Shown: one piece after another, positions 20,068 to 31,631 of the stretch
Layout of the letters: every line of letters starts with the position of its first letter
Position numbering within the stretch: the first letter of the stretch is position 1
DNA from: Bdellovibrionales bacterium
Lineage (GTDB): Bacteria > Bdellovibrionota > Bdellovibrionia > Bdellovibrionales > UBA1609
Reading direction: 5' to 3'
Assembly: GCA_965199825.1 (NCBI GenBank)
Contig: OZ241329.1
Coordinates: 1,184,001 to 1,248,000 of the forward strand
DNA: 64,000 bases
The notes under the pieces: generated by a model
What the model was told of the DNA's origin: nothing
Databases searched by the model: none
Seen by the model: the letters and a program-made list of their open reading frames with translations, nothing else
Program-made: the position numbers and the translations under genes

Positions 20068-21086
20068 CGAAACGTCAAAAAAACTTTACTGTAATCTTGG
20101 GCCAAATCTACCGCGGCCATAAACTCGAGCGAGTCCACCCAAGGAATTAGCACTCGATAGGCCACGCCGGCGGTCCCATGAACCGCACCTTTAAAACCTT
20201 CGGTGCGCGAATTGGCGTAGTAGCATCCGAGCAGAAGAGTGCCTTTGGAATCTTTAAACCAAGGCGTTTTAAATCCCAAACGAGGGTCAACCACAAGATC
20301 GCGACCTTTTGGAATGTGAACGATGGTATCATAACTGGGTGCCATTCCACCTGATGTCTGCCCAATTAAATTTAAATCGAAAGTGAAAGAAGTTTGATCT
20401 TCAAAAGGGCGATAACCTGCACCTAAAGCAAAAATCCACGGCAAATGAACACCAATCTGATCCATGTACGATGGTGATTGTAGGGTCCGATCCACATGGG
20501 AGTCCAGAGGCGTTCGAAACCAAGAGCCAAAACTTAAAACTGAATTATGAAGGTATAATCCACCAAAGGTAAAACCGATCGAGGGATCCTGTTGCGCATG
20601 AATCTGACCACTGTCGGCGGAGGACATCAGAGTTTCTGTATGTAAAAAGCCGGTCAATGCTACGCCAATATGAATTTTTTTAGATAAAGCATAGGATAAA
20701 GGAATACTTAAAAAATAATTATGAGCTGTGGTTTGTAAATTGGAAGTTTGTGAAACAGAAATGTTGTCTTCGGTATATGAAATACCATAGCCAAATTTTC
20801 CATTCGAAAAGGCAAGTGCTCCTAAGCCGGTGTCTTGAGACACCCTGTTGTTTCCGGTAATTCCATTTTCCAAACTATTTGATGTTGAAAAATCAAAATC
20901 AAAATCCCAAAATTCATCTTGTGATGTCAGAGCTGCAGGGTTTTGAAAAAACCCGTGATCAAAATCTGGGTCGCCCGCACAAGCACCGCCAATGGCCGCA
21001 CAGAAAGCACCTTTAGGGTATTCGGAGGTAAATAGATCGTATTCAATAGCAAAGACTTTAAAAATTAAAAGATAAAATAAAATCAT
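20064..21086 (-). CDS. Putative outer-membrane beta-barrel protein (FadL/OmpP1-like)
   Basis: Signal peptide, AIGGA...FQNPAAL N-terminal motif, amphipathic strands, aromatic C-terminus. Confidence 0.6.
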   Translation of the reverse strand: MILFYLLIFKVFAIEYDLFTSEYPKGAFCAAIGGACAGDPDFDHGFFQNPAALTSQDEFWDFDFDFSTSNSLENGITGNNRVSQDTGLGALAFSNGKFGYGISYTEDNISVSQTSNLQTTAHNYFLSIPLSYALSKKIHIGVALTGFLHTETLMSSADSGQIHAQQDPSIGFTFGGLYLHNSVLSFGSWFRTPLDSHVDRTLQSPSYMDQIGVHLPWIFALGAGYRPFEDQTSFTFDLNLIGQTSGGMAPSYDTIVHIPKGRDLVVDPRLGFKTPWFKDSKGTLLLGCYYANSRTEGFKGAVHGTAGVAYRVLIPWVDSLEFMAAVDLAQDYSKVFLTFR

Positions 21087-21089
21087 AAC

Positions 21090-22910
21090 TTAAATTCCAC
21101 ACACCTTTGTAAATTCAGCGTGATCTAATTTTGCAGAATATGTATTTAAGTCTTTACTCACTTCAAGGTCACTTAATGTTTGAAAGCGCTGGTAGGGAAG
21201 TTCAAGTTGCTCAATTTTAATGACATAGGATTTGTAAAACAGCGGCAATACATCAACCAAGTCGAGTTCCAATCCTGAGGGCTTGAGCGATTCAAATTCA
21301 AAGCCCGAGTAATAACGATTTTCTGCATCATCATAGACAGCGACGAAATGCCCGCGTGCAGAGATCTCAGGAACTGTTCCTAAGATTGTTTTTTTAGAGC
21401 GCAGGCGGAAATGATGATTGTCGAGTTCCAAAAATTCAAAGCCCTTGGCTAAGCGGAGTCGCTCAAGAAAGACCTCATTCAAAGATTTTTCTTGAGCTCG
21501 ATCAATCGTTCGATTCAGGCGAATCGATTTAACACAATTGTCATAGCGCGAGTTGTTTGAGTAAAACACTGGGGCAGAACTTAATTCTGGACCTTGAAGA
21601 CCTTCTTTTAAAATATAAAGCCGGTCTGCGAGTGGACGTCCTTGCCGAAAAGAGTTGTGACACTCCTCTGTATTGCAATTAAAGAAATTTTTTGAGGAAC
21701 CGTTGAGCCAGGGCTGAATCTCCCAGGTCATATGAGAGGGATAAAGAACTTGAGATCCTGCAGGAATATTTCGTGAGGCGAAATAAAATTTTCTTCCCCA
21801 TTCGGGTTGAAGCAAGGCCCCTCGTTCAGAGATTGCGACAGGCGCAAGGATTCCAAAATAACAATAGATAAGTGCAGCCGCTGCAACCAAAGGTCGAAGC
21901 ATTTTTTGATTTATAAATTGGGTCGAATAGACCAATAAAATCAAAACCTGGGGGAGAAATATAAAAAAATATCTTTCGTAAGTTCGTGCATTGTCCGTAA
22001 TTAAGAGCCCAAAACTTTGTATTAAAAATGGCAAACCAACAAGATAAAACGAAAATTTGTGACTGCGCCAATTGAAGGCCACTGCAACTGTGGCGACAAT
22101 CGTCATCAAGAGGGCGACTGCTCCAAAAACGACATTTGTGCCAAAGGCATTGTACCAAAAAGTCCAAAGTAGTTTTGTATGTGAGATTTGAGCATTGCCG
22201 GCATGGGCTACAAAGGGTTCGAAAATGGCTTGAATAACTTTTGTTCCACCAGGATTCAAAATGGTAAAAAGGATTCCGCAAATCCAGATTGCCCAAGTTT
22301 TTCTAAACAGTGCTTCAATGAATTCTTTAAGAGAGCGATGGTTGCCAACAAATAAAGCACCGACCGACACCCACCAAAATAATGCCGAAAATTTAATAAA
22401 AATCCCACATGTCAGGTAAAAATAAAGTCTTGTAGCTCTGAGTGGTTGAGTTTGGCTCCGTGCAACCTCATAAAATGTGCATAAACAAAAAAACAATAAA
22501 GAAGGCTCGCAATAAGATGAAAATCCATAATAAATCATCAAGGGTTGAGTAAAAAGCCCTAGTGACAAGACAACAGCAAGACCACGATGTAAGCGAGGCT
22601 GTATCAGCTTTAGTATTTTGATAAAGATTAAAAAAGAACCGATATAAAATAATACATTTAAAACTCGGAAGCCAATATGAGTTTTGCCAAAGAGAACGAT
22701 GTCTACGGCCTGAACGATCATCACTAAAAAAGGTTTATCAAAAAAATAACTAGTGAGAAAAATATCACCAGTCAAAAAGCGAAGTGCCGCACCGATGTAG
22801 TATCCTTCGTCCATAAAAAATACGGGCGAAGTTAAGGCCTGAAAGCCCTTAACAAAAAGCACTAAAATTCCTATTAATGTAAATATCCAAAAACTAAAAG
22901 AACGAAGCAT
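21090..22910 (-). CDS. GT-C fold membrane glycosyltransferase (ArnT/PMT-like)
   Basis: MDEGYY, FDKPFL, many TM helices, ERYF, soluble C-terminal domain. Confidence 0.75.
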   Translation of the reverse strand: MLRSFSFWIFTLIGILVLFVKGFQALTSPVFFMDEGYYIGAALRFLTGDIFLTSYFFDKPFLVMIVQAVDIVLFGKTHIGFRVLNVLFYIGSFLIFIKILKLIQPRLHRGLAVVLSLGLFTQPLMIYYGFSSYCEPSLLFFCLCTFYEVARSQTQPLRATRLYFYLTCGIFIKFSALFWWVSVGALFVGNHRSLKEFIEALFRKTWAIWICGILFTILNPGGTKVIQAIFEPFVAHAGNAQISHTKLLWTFWYNAFGTNVVFGAVALLMTIVATVAVAFNWRSHKFSFYLVGLPFLIQSFGLLITDNARTYERYFFIFLPQVLILLVYSTQFINQKMLRPLVAAAALIYCYFGILAPVAISERGALLQPEWGRKFYFASRNIPAGSQVLYPSHMTWEIQPWLNGSSKNFFNCNTEECHNSFRQGRPLADRLYILKEGLQGPELSSAPVFYSNNSRYDNCVKSIRLNRTIDRAQEKSLNEVFLERLRLAKGFEFLELDNHHFRLRSKKTILGTVPEISARGHFVAVYDDAENRYYSGFEFESLKPSGLELDLVDVLPLFYKSYVIKIEQLELPYQRFQTLSDLEVSKDLNTYSAKLDHAEFTKVCGI

Positions 22911-22911
22911 T

Positions 22912-23637
22912 TTAATTCTTCCGAGAAACCTGCCCCGGAGCAGCTTGGTCGGTTGGATAAATCATTAATTCCTGAACACAAACACGTTGAGGTCTTTCGA
23001 GAACCCAAAGAATTGTGTCGGCAATATCAGAGGCTTTAAGAGGAGTCATACCTTCGTACACCTCACGGGCCTTTTCCAAATCGCCCAAACGGACTTGAGA
23101 AAATTCGGTCTCAACCATACCAGGCTCAATATTTGTAACTCGCACGGGTGAGCCCAAAAGATCTAAACGAAGGCCCTCGGTAAAGGCGCGAACCGCAAAT
23201 TTTGTGGCGCAATAAACCGCACCACCTGGATAAACATAGCGGCCCGCGACCGATCCAATATTGATGATATGAGCACTCGGTAATTTTAAAAGCTGCGGTA
23301 AAAACTGGCGGGTGATTTCGAAAAGGGCTTTGATATTGGTATCAATCATCTGATCCCAATCGGAGGCCTTGGCTTCGAAAACTTTTTGGGTGCCGAGGGC
23401 CAGGCCCGCATTATTGATTAAGATGTTTACATCACCACATTGGTTAACCAGCTCTTTTAAATCACTGCGGATGTCGCAAGCATAGAAGCGTGCGCCCAAT
23501 TCACCAGCCAGTTTTTCTAAACGATCGCGACGCCGGCCAACTAAAACAACAGCATAACCTCGAGCTGCCAAAACACGGGCGGTGGCTTCGCCTATTCCGC
23601 TGCTTGCTCCGGTAATGAGGGCTGTACCATTGTTCAC
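22912..23637 (-). CDS. Short-chain dehydrogenase (YdfG-like)
   Basis: TGASSGIG, NNAGLALG, YCATK, IEPGMVETEFS. Confidence 0.92.
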   Translation of the reverse strand: MNNGTALITGASSGIGEATARVLAARGYAVVLVGRRRDRLEKLAGELGARFYACDIRSDLKELVNQCGDVNILINNAGLALGTQKVFEAKASDWDQMIDTNIKALFEITRQFLPQLLKLPSAHIINIGSVAGRYVYPGGAVYCATKFAVRAFTEGLRLDLLGSPVRVTNIEPGMVETEFSQVRLGDLEKAREVYEGMTPLKASDIADTILWVLERPQRVCVQELMIYPTDQAAPGQVSRKN

Positions 23638-25115
23638 CCCAGCATCCGTGCAAGCTCAACAAATGTTCTGATCATCACTCCAGTAGCCCCTTTTTTGGGA
23701 ACATAGGGCAAGCGGTTGGAGGTGTTCCAAGCGGTTCCTGCGATGTCAAAATGTGCCCATGGAATTGAAGGATCAACGAATTCACCTAAGAATGCAGCTG
23801 CAGTGCTTGAGCCTGCGCCTTTTCCGCTTGAGATATTGCAAAGGTCTGCGTGATTGCCCTTCATATCTTCAAGATGCTGTTCGTGGATAGGCATTGGCCA
23901 CACAAGTTCGCCCGTATGGGATGCTGCTGTTTGGATTTCGCCCATTAAATTTTGATCACGTGTAAATACGCCTGTGTGAATATTGCTTAGAGCCACAACC
24001 ATTGCGCCTGTTAAAGTCGCCGCATCAAATATAGCTTGGGGCTTAAGTTCGGTGGCGTAGGAAAGGGCGTCCATCAAAATCAATCGGCCTTCAGCATCGG
24101 TATTAAAAATCTCAACTGTTTTGCCATTGCGTGCGGTTACAATATCGCCGGGTTTATTTGCTCCAGGACCCACCATATTTTCGGAGCTCGGAATAAGTCC
24201 GATCACATTTACTTTTAATTTTAGTTTTGCAATCGCAAGTAAAGCACCAATAACGTTGGCACCGCCACACATGTCATAAATCATCTCTTCCATTTGTGCA
24301 GAGGGCTTAATGCTCACGCCGCCGCAATCGAAAGTAAGGCCTTTACCCACAAAGCACACTGGCTTTTGTTTTTGTGAGCCGCCTCGATATTCCATGATGA
24401 TAAATCTTGGATCTTTGTCGCTCCCAAGTGCCACACTATAAAGTCCACCCATGCGCTCACGCTTAATTCGGGCTTTATCCCAAACGGTGACTTTTAGTTT
24501 TTGAATTCCTTTGGCGGCGTTGACCGTCTCGCGCGCCAATATTTCTGGAGTCATCATATTTCCAGGCTGGTCACCCAGACGTCTTGCGAAGTGCACCGAC
24601 TCAATTAAGATCTTTGCCGTCTTCACTTGAGCTTCAAATTCCGCAGGACCATTAAAAAACAAACTTAAAGTTTTTGTGTCTTTTGGTTTTTTTGATTTGT
24701 AGTCATCAAAATTATAATCAGAAAGATAAATTCCCTCGGCAAATGCCTGAACCATCTCGCCAGATCTTAAATCTTTAATTTTGCTCAAGGCTTCAAGATC
24801 GACCAACACATTTTCAAAAAGTTTTGAACTTTTTAAGGCCTGAAAGGTATGAGCACCGAGGGCTCTTAACCCTTCGGAGGTTAAATCTTTGGCCGCACCT
24901 AGACCCATCACCAAAATATTTAGCCCTTCTGGATTTTGGCGAAACAGGATCGATTCCTTTTTATCTCCACCAAATGTTTTATCTAAAAAACTTTGGCGAA
25001 TCAGATTGGCGGCGGTTCGCTCAAGATGCGAAAGCTCGGGTCGATCTGTCGACTTTTCACAAAAGGTGACTATTGTTTTGGGTGCGGTCTTGCGGAAGTT
25101 GATTGTCAAACTCAT
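23634..25115 (-). CDS. pepA: Leucyl aminopeptidase (M17)
   Basis: VGKGLTFDCGG, NTDAEGRL, ATLTGA, WAHFDIAG; start moved to ATG 25115. Confidence 0.93.
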   Translation of the reverse strand: MSLTINFRKTAPKTIVTFCEKSTDRPELSHLERTAANLIRQSFLDKTFGGDKKESILFRQNPEGLNILVMGLGAAKDLTSEGLRALGAHTFQALKSSKLFENVLVDLEALSKIKDLRSGEMVQAFAEGIYLSDYNFDDYKSKKPKDTKTLSLFFNGPAEFEAQVKTAKILIESVHFARRLGDQPGNMMTPEILARETVNAAKGIQKLKVTVWDKARIKRERMGGLYSVALGSDKDPRFIIMEYRGGSQKQKPVCFVGKGLTFDCGGVSIKPSAQMEEMIYDMCGGANVIGALLAIAKLKLKVNVIGLIPSSENMVGPGANKPGDIVTARNGKTVEIFNTDAEGRLILMDALSYATELKPQAIFDAATLTGAMVVALSNIHTGVFTRDQNLMGEIQTAASHTGELVWPMPIHEQHLEDMKGNHADLCNISSGKGAGSSTAAAFLGEFVDPSIPWAHFDIAGTAWNTSNRLPYVPKKGATGVMIRTFVELARMLG

Positions 25116-25340
25116 TGAGAAAATCCTTTGTTGAGACAAAAGTTGAGTTTTGGAGATCACTGCCCAAAGCGTCAAGTGTAAAAATGGACTTATAGTGAGG
25201 TCTTGCCAACGCGCCAAAAGGATTCATATTTCAAAACACTGCGAAAGCCGAGGATAATTGAAAAACGATTCGCTTGTTTAGCGAATGAAAAATACAATAA
25301 TAGAAGTTGCATCAAAGCAGTTTCAAAAATGAGGTGAATT

Positions 25341-25949
25341 TTGGCTCTTGTACCCATAGTGATTGAACAGACTCCTCGCGGAGAGCGAAGCTACGACATC
25401 TATTCTCGTCTTCTTAAAGACCGTATTATCATTTTGGGAACACCCGTGAGTGATGACATTGCGAATAGCATTATTGCCCAAATGTTCTTTTTAGAGATGG
25501 AAAATCCCGAAAAAGACATTCATCTTTACATTAACTCACCTGGTGGAAGCGTCAGTGCGGGGCTTGCAATCTATGATATTATGCAATTTGTGAAATGTGA
25601 CATCAGCACGTATTGTATAGGGATGGCTGCAAGTATGGGTTCACTCTTATTGTGTGCGGGCACTAAAGGAAAAAGATACGTATTGCCTCACGCGCGCCTT
25701 ATGATACATCAGCCGCACAATATGGGTGGCGGTATTTCAGGACAAGTGAGCGATATCGAAATTCAAGCTCGTGAAATGGTGAGTATCAAAAAGAAGCTCA
25801 CCGAAATTTATGTCAAGCATACCGGTAAAACGTTCGAAGAGTTAACAACAGCAATGGATCGAGATAACTATCTCAGTGCAGACGATGCCAAAGAGTATGG
25901 GCTTGTGGATCATGTGGTTAAAGATCGAAAAGTTGCAAAACAAGGGTAA
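25341..25949 (+). CDS. clpP: ATP-dependent Clp protease proteolytic subunit
   Basis: [31 protein letters not shown]. Confidence 0.97.
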   Translation: MALVPIVIEQTPRGERSYDIYSRLLKDRIIILGTPVSDDIANSIIAQMFFLEMENPEKDIHLYINSPGGSVSAGLAIYDIMQFVKCDISTYCIGMAASMGSLLLCAGTKGKRYVLPHARLMIHQPHNMGGGISGQVSDIEIQAREMVSIKKKLTEIYVKHTGKTFEELTTAMDRDNYLSADDAKEYGLVDHVVKDRKVAKQG

Positions 25950-25952
25950 ATA

Positions 25953-27257
25953 ATGAGCAAAGAAAAAACTTACGGAACGCTTTGCTGTAGCTTTTGCGGT
26001 AAAAGTCAAAAAGAAGTCAAAAAGCTGATTGCTGGTCCAGGTGTTTATATCTGTGATGAGTGTATTGAGCTTTGTAACGACATTATCGCCGAAGAACGTG
26101 AGCGCGAAGAGAGCACAAAAGTCAGCCTCAAGGTTCCAAAGCCCATCGATATCAAATCGTATCTCGATGACTATGTGATTGGCCAAGAGACTGCCAAAAA
26201 AGCTTTGTCTGTTGCGGTTCATAACCACTACAAGCGCATCAATAATATTTCTAAAAATAAAAAGCGCGACGAAGTTGAAATTTCTAAGAGTAACATTTTG
26301 CTGATTGGTCCAACCGGGTCTGGCAAAACTTTGCTTGCCCAAACTATCGCAAAAATTTTGAATGTGCCTTTTGCTATGGCCGATGCGACCGCCTTAACCG
26401 AAGCTGGTTACGTGGGCGAAGATGTCGAAAACGTGGTGTTGAGTTTACTTCAAGCTGCTGATTACGATGTCGAAAAAGCCCAAAAAGGTGTGATCTACAT
26501 CGATGAAATCGATAAGATTTCACGCAAATCTGAGAACCCTTCGATCACCCGCGATGTGAGTGGTGAGGGCGTGCAACAAGCCTTATTAAAAATTCTTGAA
26601 GGTACAGTTGCCAACCTTCCACCTAAGGGTGGTCGCAAACATCCACAACAAGAATTTATTCAGGTCGATACCTCGAATATTTTATTTATCGTTGGTGGAG
26701 CATTCGTTGGCCTTGATAAAATTATCGAAAATCGTATCTCAAATAAAGCGATGGGAATTGCCGCAGACATTCGTACAACCGAAGAGCGCAAAGCCGAACG
26801 CAATGTTTTATCAAAAATCGAACCTGATGATCTCATTCGTTTTGGTTTGATTCCAGAATTCATTGGACGTTTGCCCGTACTCGCGATCCTAGACCCTCTT
26901 GATGAAGCGGCGTTGATGGATATTTTGGTCAAACCAAAAAATGCTCTTACCAAGCAGTATCAAAAACTTTTTAGCTATGAAAACGTCGAGCTGATTTTTC
27001 AAGATGCAGCAGTGCGCGCAATAGCCAAAGAGGCAATCAAGCGCAACACTGGTGCACGCGGACTGCGCGGGGTCATAGAAACCGCAATGTTGGAGATCAT
27101 GTTCGAAATTCCTTCCAAGCCCAATGTCAAAGAATGTATAATTTCTGAAGAGGTCATCACTAAAGGTGAAAAACCTCAGCTGACTTTGGGTCGGGATCGC
27201 GGAGATGAAGAACCTTCCGGCAACGGTCAAGGTGGAAATTCTGCCGAGAGCGCCTAA
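25953..27257 (+). CDS. clpX: Clp protease ATP-binding subunit ClpX
   Basis: CSFCGK zinc finger, [22 protein letters not shown]. Confidence 0.97.
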   Translation: MSKEKTYGTLCCSFCGKSQKEVKKLIAGPGVYICDECIELCNDIIAEEREREESTKVSLKVPKPIDIKSYLDDYVIGQETAKKALSVAVHNHYKRINNISKNKKRDEVEISKSNILLIGPTGSGKTLLAQTIAKILNVPFAMADATALTEAGYVGEDVENVVLSLLQAADYDVEKAQKGVIYIDEIDKISRKSENPSITRDVSGEGVQQALLKILEGTVANLPPKGGRKHPQQEFIQVDTSNILFIVGGAFVGLDKIIENRISNKAMGIAADIRTTEERKAERNVLSKIEPDDLIRFGLIPEFIGRLPVLAILDPLDEAALMDILVKPKNALTKQYQKLFSYENVELIFQDAAVRAIAKEAIKRNTGARGLRGVIETAMLEIMFEIPSKPNVKECIISEEVITKGEKPQLTLGRDRGDEEPSGNGQGGNSAESA

Positions 27258-27301
27258 AGTCTAGAAGCAAACAGACTTTTTTTGTTCCTCAAAGGAGTTT
27301 T

Positions 27302-29776
27302 ATGAGCCAGAGCTCAAGCGGTACAGGTAGCGCGACACCAGCGCAACTGCCCCTTCTTCCGTTACGTGATCTTATTATATTCCCGCATATGATGATGCCT
27401 CTCTTCGTTGGTCGAGAAAAAAGCATCAACGCTCTTGAAGAGGCAATGAGTAAACAATCTGATATTGTTTTGGCTGCACAAAAAGATGCAAAAACAAACA
27501 ATCCAGAACCAAAAGATGTTTACTCAGTCGGAACTGTTGGAACTATCATCCAACTTTTGCGTCTACCTGACGGAACCGTAAAGGTTTTGGTCGAAGGCAA
27601 ACGCAGAGTTAAAATTCGCGAGTTTGTCCAAACCGACAATTTCTTTATTGTGGCGGTGGATGATCTTTTAGAAATCAACGCGAATGAAACCGAATCTCGC
27701 GCACTGATGCGTTCGGTAAAAACAACTTTTGAAACTTACGTCAAACTCAACAAACGAATTCCGCCAGAAATTTTAATGCGTGTGAGCACCATCGAAGAGA
27801 TTGGTGAGCTTGCCGACATTATTGTAGCTCAACTGAATTTGAAACTTGAAGACAAGCAACGCATCCTCGAAATTTCGGATCCAGGGCTACGTCTTGAAGA
27901 ACTTTTGAATTTGATGACCGGCGAAATTGAAATTCTTGAAGTAGAAAAAAAGATTCGCAATCGTGTCAAAAAACAAATGGAGCGCTCGCAAAAAGAATAT
28001 TATTTGAACGAGCAAATGCAGGCGATTCAAAAAGAACTTGGTGAAAAAGACGACTACCAAGCCGAGCTGCAAGAATTAGAAGAGCGAGCTTCAAAGAAAA
28101 AATGGAGCAAAGAAGCGGGCGATCGCATCCGCAAGGAAATCAAAAAGTTAAAAATGATGTCGCCGATGAGTGCCGAAGCAACCGTTGTAAGAAATTACAT
28201 CGACTGGATGCTCGATTTACCATGGCATGATTACTCTGAAGAAAAACATGACATCACCGAAGCCGAACGCATTTTGGACGAAGATCATTGGGGATTAGAA
28301 AAAGTTAAAGAACGGATCCTTGAGCATCTTGCGGTGCAATCGCTAACCGAAAAGTTGCGTGGGCCTATCTTGTGTCTTGCTGGTCCTCCTGGAGTTGGAA
28401 AAACCTCTTTAGCAAGGTCGATTGCAAAATCATTAAATCGTCCTTTTGCCCGTATCTCCTTGGGTGGTGTACGTGACGAAGCCGAAATTCGTGGGCATCG
28501 CAAAACTTACGTTGGAGCCATGCCTGGTAAAATTATTCAGTCGATGCGAAAAGTCGAAAAAGGAAATCCACTGATTCTTTTAGATGAAGTGGACAAGATG
28601 AGCATGGATTTCCGCGGCGATCCCTCAGCAGCATTATTGGAAGTTTTGGACCCCGAACAGAATGGAACATTTCAAGATCATTACTTAGAAGTGGATTACG
28701 ATTTATCGAATGTGATGTTTTTAACAACAGCCAATTCGCTTCATCCCATTCCACGTCCTTTGCTGGATCGAATGGAAATCATCCATCTTGAAGGTTATAT
28801 CGAGAGCGAAAAATTCAATATCGCCCAAAAATATTTGGTTCCTAAACAAATTGAGATGCACGGAATCAAGGATTACCGCATCACATTTACTGAGCCTGCA
28901 ACCCGCGAAATCATACGCTCGTACACGCGTGAAGCCGGGGTCAGAAATCTTGAGCGACAGATTGCAACCGTTTGCCGAAAAGTTGCCCGCGAAATCGTTC
29001 GCGAAGAACTTAAAGGCGGCATGAAGAAAAAAGCGGCCAACAAAGAGGCTCTCAAAAAACGCGGCTACGTCGTCACACCAAAACGGGTGCTCGAATTTTT
29101 AGGTCCTAACCGACACAAATTTGGCAAGATCGAAGGACAAAACGAAATCGGTATGGTCAACGGCATGGCGTGGACCGAAGTCGGTGGAGACCTGCTCGTT
29201 GTTGAGGTCAGTGTTGTGCCAGGTCGAGGAAAGTTCACGGTTACTGGTCAGTTAGGTGATGTGATGAAGGAGTCGTGTTCGGCAGCGATGTCGTACGTTC
29301 GGTCACGCGGACCCCTGTTTGGATTCGATAAAGAATTTTATAACAGCATTGATGTCCACATTCACGTTCCCGAAGGATCCATTCCAAAAGATGGTCCATC
29401 GGCAGGGATTGCAATCACGACCTCGATTGTTTCAGCGATCACAAAAATTCCTGTGAAGCGAACTGTAGCGATGACCGGTGAAGTGACCTTGCGTGGTCGA
29501 GTTCTTCCTATCGGCGGCTTAAAGGAAAAAGTTTTGGCCGCCCATCGTGGCGGAATCCGTACGATCATTTGTCCAAAAGAAAACGAAAAAGATCTCAAAG
29601 ATATTCCAAAAGAAGTGATGAAGGATTTGAAAGTGATGCTTGTTGATCACGTCGATCAAGTCTTGGTGAATGCTCTCGATATTAAGAACGCGAAAGAACT
29701 CTTTAAGCTCAACAAAGAGCGAGCCATGGGTCTTCGTGCGCAGTATACGGGTCATTCCATGCAACAGCCCCACTAA
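27302..29776 (+). CDS. lon: Lon protease
   Basis: LPLRD N-domain, [24 protein letters not shown]. Confidence 0.97.
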   Translation: MSQSSSGTGSATPAQLPLLPLRDLIIFPHMMMPLFVGREKSINALEEAMSKQSDIVLAAQKDAKTNNPEPKDVYSVGTVGTIIQLLRLPDGTVKVLVEGKRRVKIREFVQTDNFFIVAVDDLLEINANETESRALMRSVKTTFETYVKLNKRIPPEILMRVSTIEEIGELADIIVAQLNLKLEDKQRILEISDPGLRLEELLNLMTGEIEILEVEKKIRNRVKKQMERSQKEYYLNEQMQAIQKELGEKDDYQAELQELEERASKKKWSKEAGDRIRKEIKKLKMMSPMSAEATVVRNYIDWMLDLPWHDYSEEKHDITEAERILDEDHWGLEKVKERILEHLAVQSLTEKLRGPILCLAGPPGVGKTSLARSIAKSLNRPFARISLGGVRDEAEIRGHRKTYVGAMPGKIIQSMRKVEKGNPLILLDEVDKMSMDFRGDPSAALLEVLDPEQNGTFQDHYLEVDYDLSNVMFLTTANSLHPIPRPLLDRMEIIHLEGYIESEKFNIAQKYLVPKQIEMHGIKDYRITFTEPATREIIRSYTREAGVRNLERQIATVCRKVAREIVREELKGGMKKKAANKEALKKRGYVVTPKRVLEFLGPNRHKFGKIEGQNEIGMVNGMAWTEVGGDLLVVEVSVVPGRGKFTVTGQLGDVMKESCSAAMSYVRSRGPLFGFDKEFYNSIDVHIHVPEGSIPKDGPSAGIAITTSIVSAITKIPVKRTVAMTGEVTLRGRVLPIGGLKEKVLAAHRGGIRTIICPKENEKDLKDIPKEVMKDLKVMLVDHVDQVLVNALDIKNAKELFKLNKERAMGLRAQYTGHSMQQPH

Positions 29777-29787
29777 CCGGGGGGCTG

Positions 29788-30882
29788 TTGGCAGATATCC
29801 GCGCTAAATTGTTGTTTGATGTCGGCGAACTCTACGCCGACAGTGGCGACTTCACTCGCGCCATAGATCGGTTAAAAGCGTCAAGTGAAGTGGGCAAGAT
29901 CACCAACGACAGCGCGATTTATTTTCGCAGCCAAAACCTTTTACTCCAAATTTATATCGAGCTTGAGGATAATGAAAAAATCCACGAGCTCAAAAACGAA
30001 GTGCACGATCAAATCGTGCACTGTTATTTTGATTTGGGAGCTAGCGCCTACCAAACTCTTTCGCTCTGCGCAGGATCCCAAAGGCAATGGCGTCTGGCCC
30101 TTGGTTATATGGAAAAATCTTTTGCCGCGGCTTTATTGGCTAAAGATAAATTTCAAATGTGTGAGTGCCTGTTTGGTCTGGCCAATATTTATTATCATCT
30201 GCGCTTATTCGATCGGGCGCTTCAAGAGCTGGAGCGGCTCAAAGTCTTTTTCGAAATTTTTGATCTACCAAGAATTAAAATCTTGAGCCAGATTCTGCAT
30301 GGCCGAATTTTTGAGCAGTGCTCAAGACACGCCGAAGCTTTAGACATTTACCTGCAATGTTTTAAAACCTTGAAGCAGCAAAAAAGTTTTTATTTCTTGG
30401 TCAAAGTGCTTTTGGCAATGGGCCGGGTCTCGCGCGAGTTGAATGATCATGCCCTCTCCGAAAATTATTTGCAGATGGCAGCTCATCTCGTCGATCCCGA
30501 AAATCTCAAAAGCACCCATCGCCAGATTTTAAAAGAAGTAAATGTCATCAAGCCCTTTCAAGAAGTGTCGTTCGATTTGATCTTCGAAAATCCAGCCAGC
30601 GTGCTCGAAAAAAGCAAAGGCCGAATCGATTTCGGAAAGCAGCATGTTCTGTTTGAACTCCTGCGCACCCTTGCCCAAAAGCCCGGCGAAGTGATCAGCA
30701 AGGAAGAGCTCGTGCACAGAGTGTGGAAGCAAGCGTATGTGCCACGTGTGCATAACAATAAGGTCTACGTGACCATGACTCGGCTGAAGCGAATGATCGA
30801 ACCCGATTGCAGCAACCCCCATTACATTTTTCGAGCTCGAGACGGTTATTTTTTGAGTAAGACTTGTAAGGTTTTGCTTTAG
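29788..30882 (+). CDS. TPR-repeat protein with a C-terminal OmpR-type winged-helix domain
   Basis: Helical repeats followed by PGEVISKEELVHRVW...VYVTMTRLKRMIE...GYFL. Confidence 0.8.
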   Translation: MADIRAKLLFDVGELYADSGDFTRAIDRLKASSEVGKITNDSAIYFRSQNLLLQIYIELEDNEKIHELKNEVHDQIVHCYFDLGASAYQTLSLCAGSQRQWRLALGYMEKSFAAALLAKDKFQMCECLFGLANIYYHLRLFDRALQELERLKVFFEIFDLPRIKILSQILHGRIFEQCSRHAEALDIYLQCFKTLKQQKSFYFLVKVLLAMGRVSRELNDHALSENYLQMAAHLVDPENLKSTHRQILKEVNVIKPFQEVSFDLIFENPASVLEKSKGRIDFGKQHVLFELLRTLAQKPGEVISKEELVHRVWKQAYVPRVHNNKVYVTMTRLKRMIEPDCSNPHYIFRARDGYFLSKTCKVLL

Positions 30883-30975
30883 GTTTTTAGCGAGCGAGGG
30901 TGAGAGTTGAAACGTAGTTCGTGAGGAGTAGAGTTTTAAACGGTTGGTCGGAAAAAGGTTTAGCGTGTTTCGAAA

Positions 30976-31017
30976 GTAGTGTGTGGTCTAATTGAAATTA
31001 GACCTTCGCTCACACTA
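30976..31017. repeat. Imperfect inverted repeat upstream of the Y1 transposase
   Basis: GGTCTAATT(30985-30993)-GA-AATTAGACC(30996-31004), outer arms TAGTGTG/CACACTA, starting with GTAG. Confidence 0.6.
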
Positions 31018-31062
31018 AACAAAAAATATTTGTAGTGTTGATTAAAAAGTTGTAAGTTTCTT

Positions 31063-31091
31063 TTGACGAATAATTAGAATTTGTTTATAAT
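31063..31091 (+). promoter_or_regulatory. Sigma70-type promoter
   Basis: TTGACG-N17-TATAAT, 7 nt before ATG 31099. Confidence 0.75.
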
Positions 31092-31098
31092 TCCAAAC

Positions 31099-31631
31099 AT
31101 GAAACAAGACTCTCTTTTTAAAACCAAAGTTCCGCATTCGGTGGTGAACTCTACCGAAAGCGAAGCGGCCGTGGCCCAAGACCCCTTGCCACAAATCAAT
31201 CGATGCATCTAGTTTTGCGTTCATCAAAAGCAAAGGGTAAATTGTCATTTCTGACATCAGAAAATAAAACGTTGATCGACTTTTACGTTAAGAAATTTGC
31301 AAATCAATTTAGGATTCGGATACTCGGATTAGCAAATGTTGGAAACCACATTCATTTGCATTTAAAACTTTCCAATCGATTTTTTTATAAATCGTTTATT
31401 CGTGCGCTAAATTCTGCCATCGTTACCGGAATTAGAAAATTAAATAGTTGGATTAAAATTGAGGGCAAGTTTTTTGATGAGCGTCCCTTTACCCGCATTT
31501 CATCGGGTCTAAGCGATTTTGAAAATATCTGTCGTTATGTTCAGATCAATATCCTCCAAGGCCAGGGCATTGCGCGCAGTGTGGCCGAAGCCTTTGTGAA
31601 ATCAGCGCGGAATTTCAGGCGGTCAGGATAA
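31099..31631 (+). pseudogene. RAYT/IS200-like Y1 (HUH) transposase, frameshifted near the 5' end
   Basis: MKQDSLFK from 31099 continues in the -1 frame as NQSSAFGG...RPL...MHLVLRS; HUH (NHIHL) and YVQIN; paralog of 59437..60003. Confidence 0.75.

Noticed and set aside
11487..25949. tig separated from clpP-clpX-lon as a recent rearrangement
   Set aside because: No breakpoint evidence, and it may be the normal lineage arrangement; cannot be judged from one window.
27257..27285. Terminator between clpX and lon (AAAGTCT...AGACTTT plus T-run)
   Set aside because: AT-rich stem with a 10-nt loop; too weak to call.
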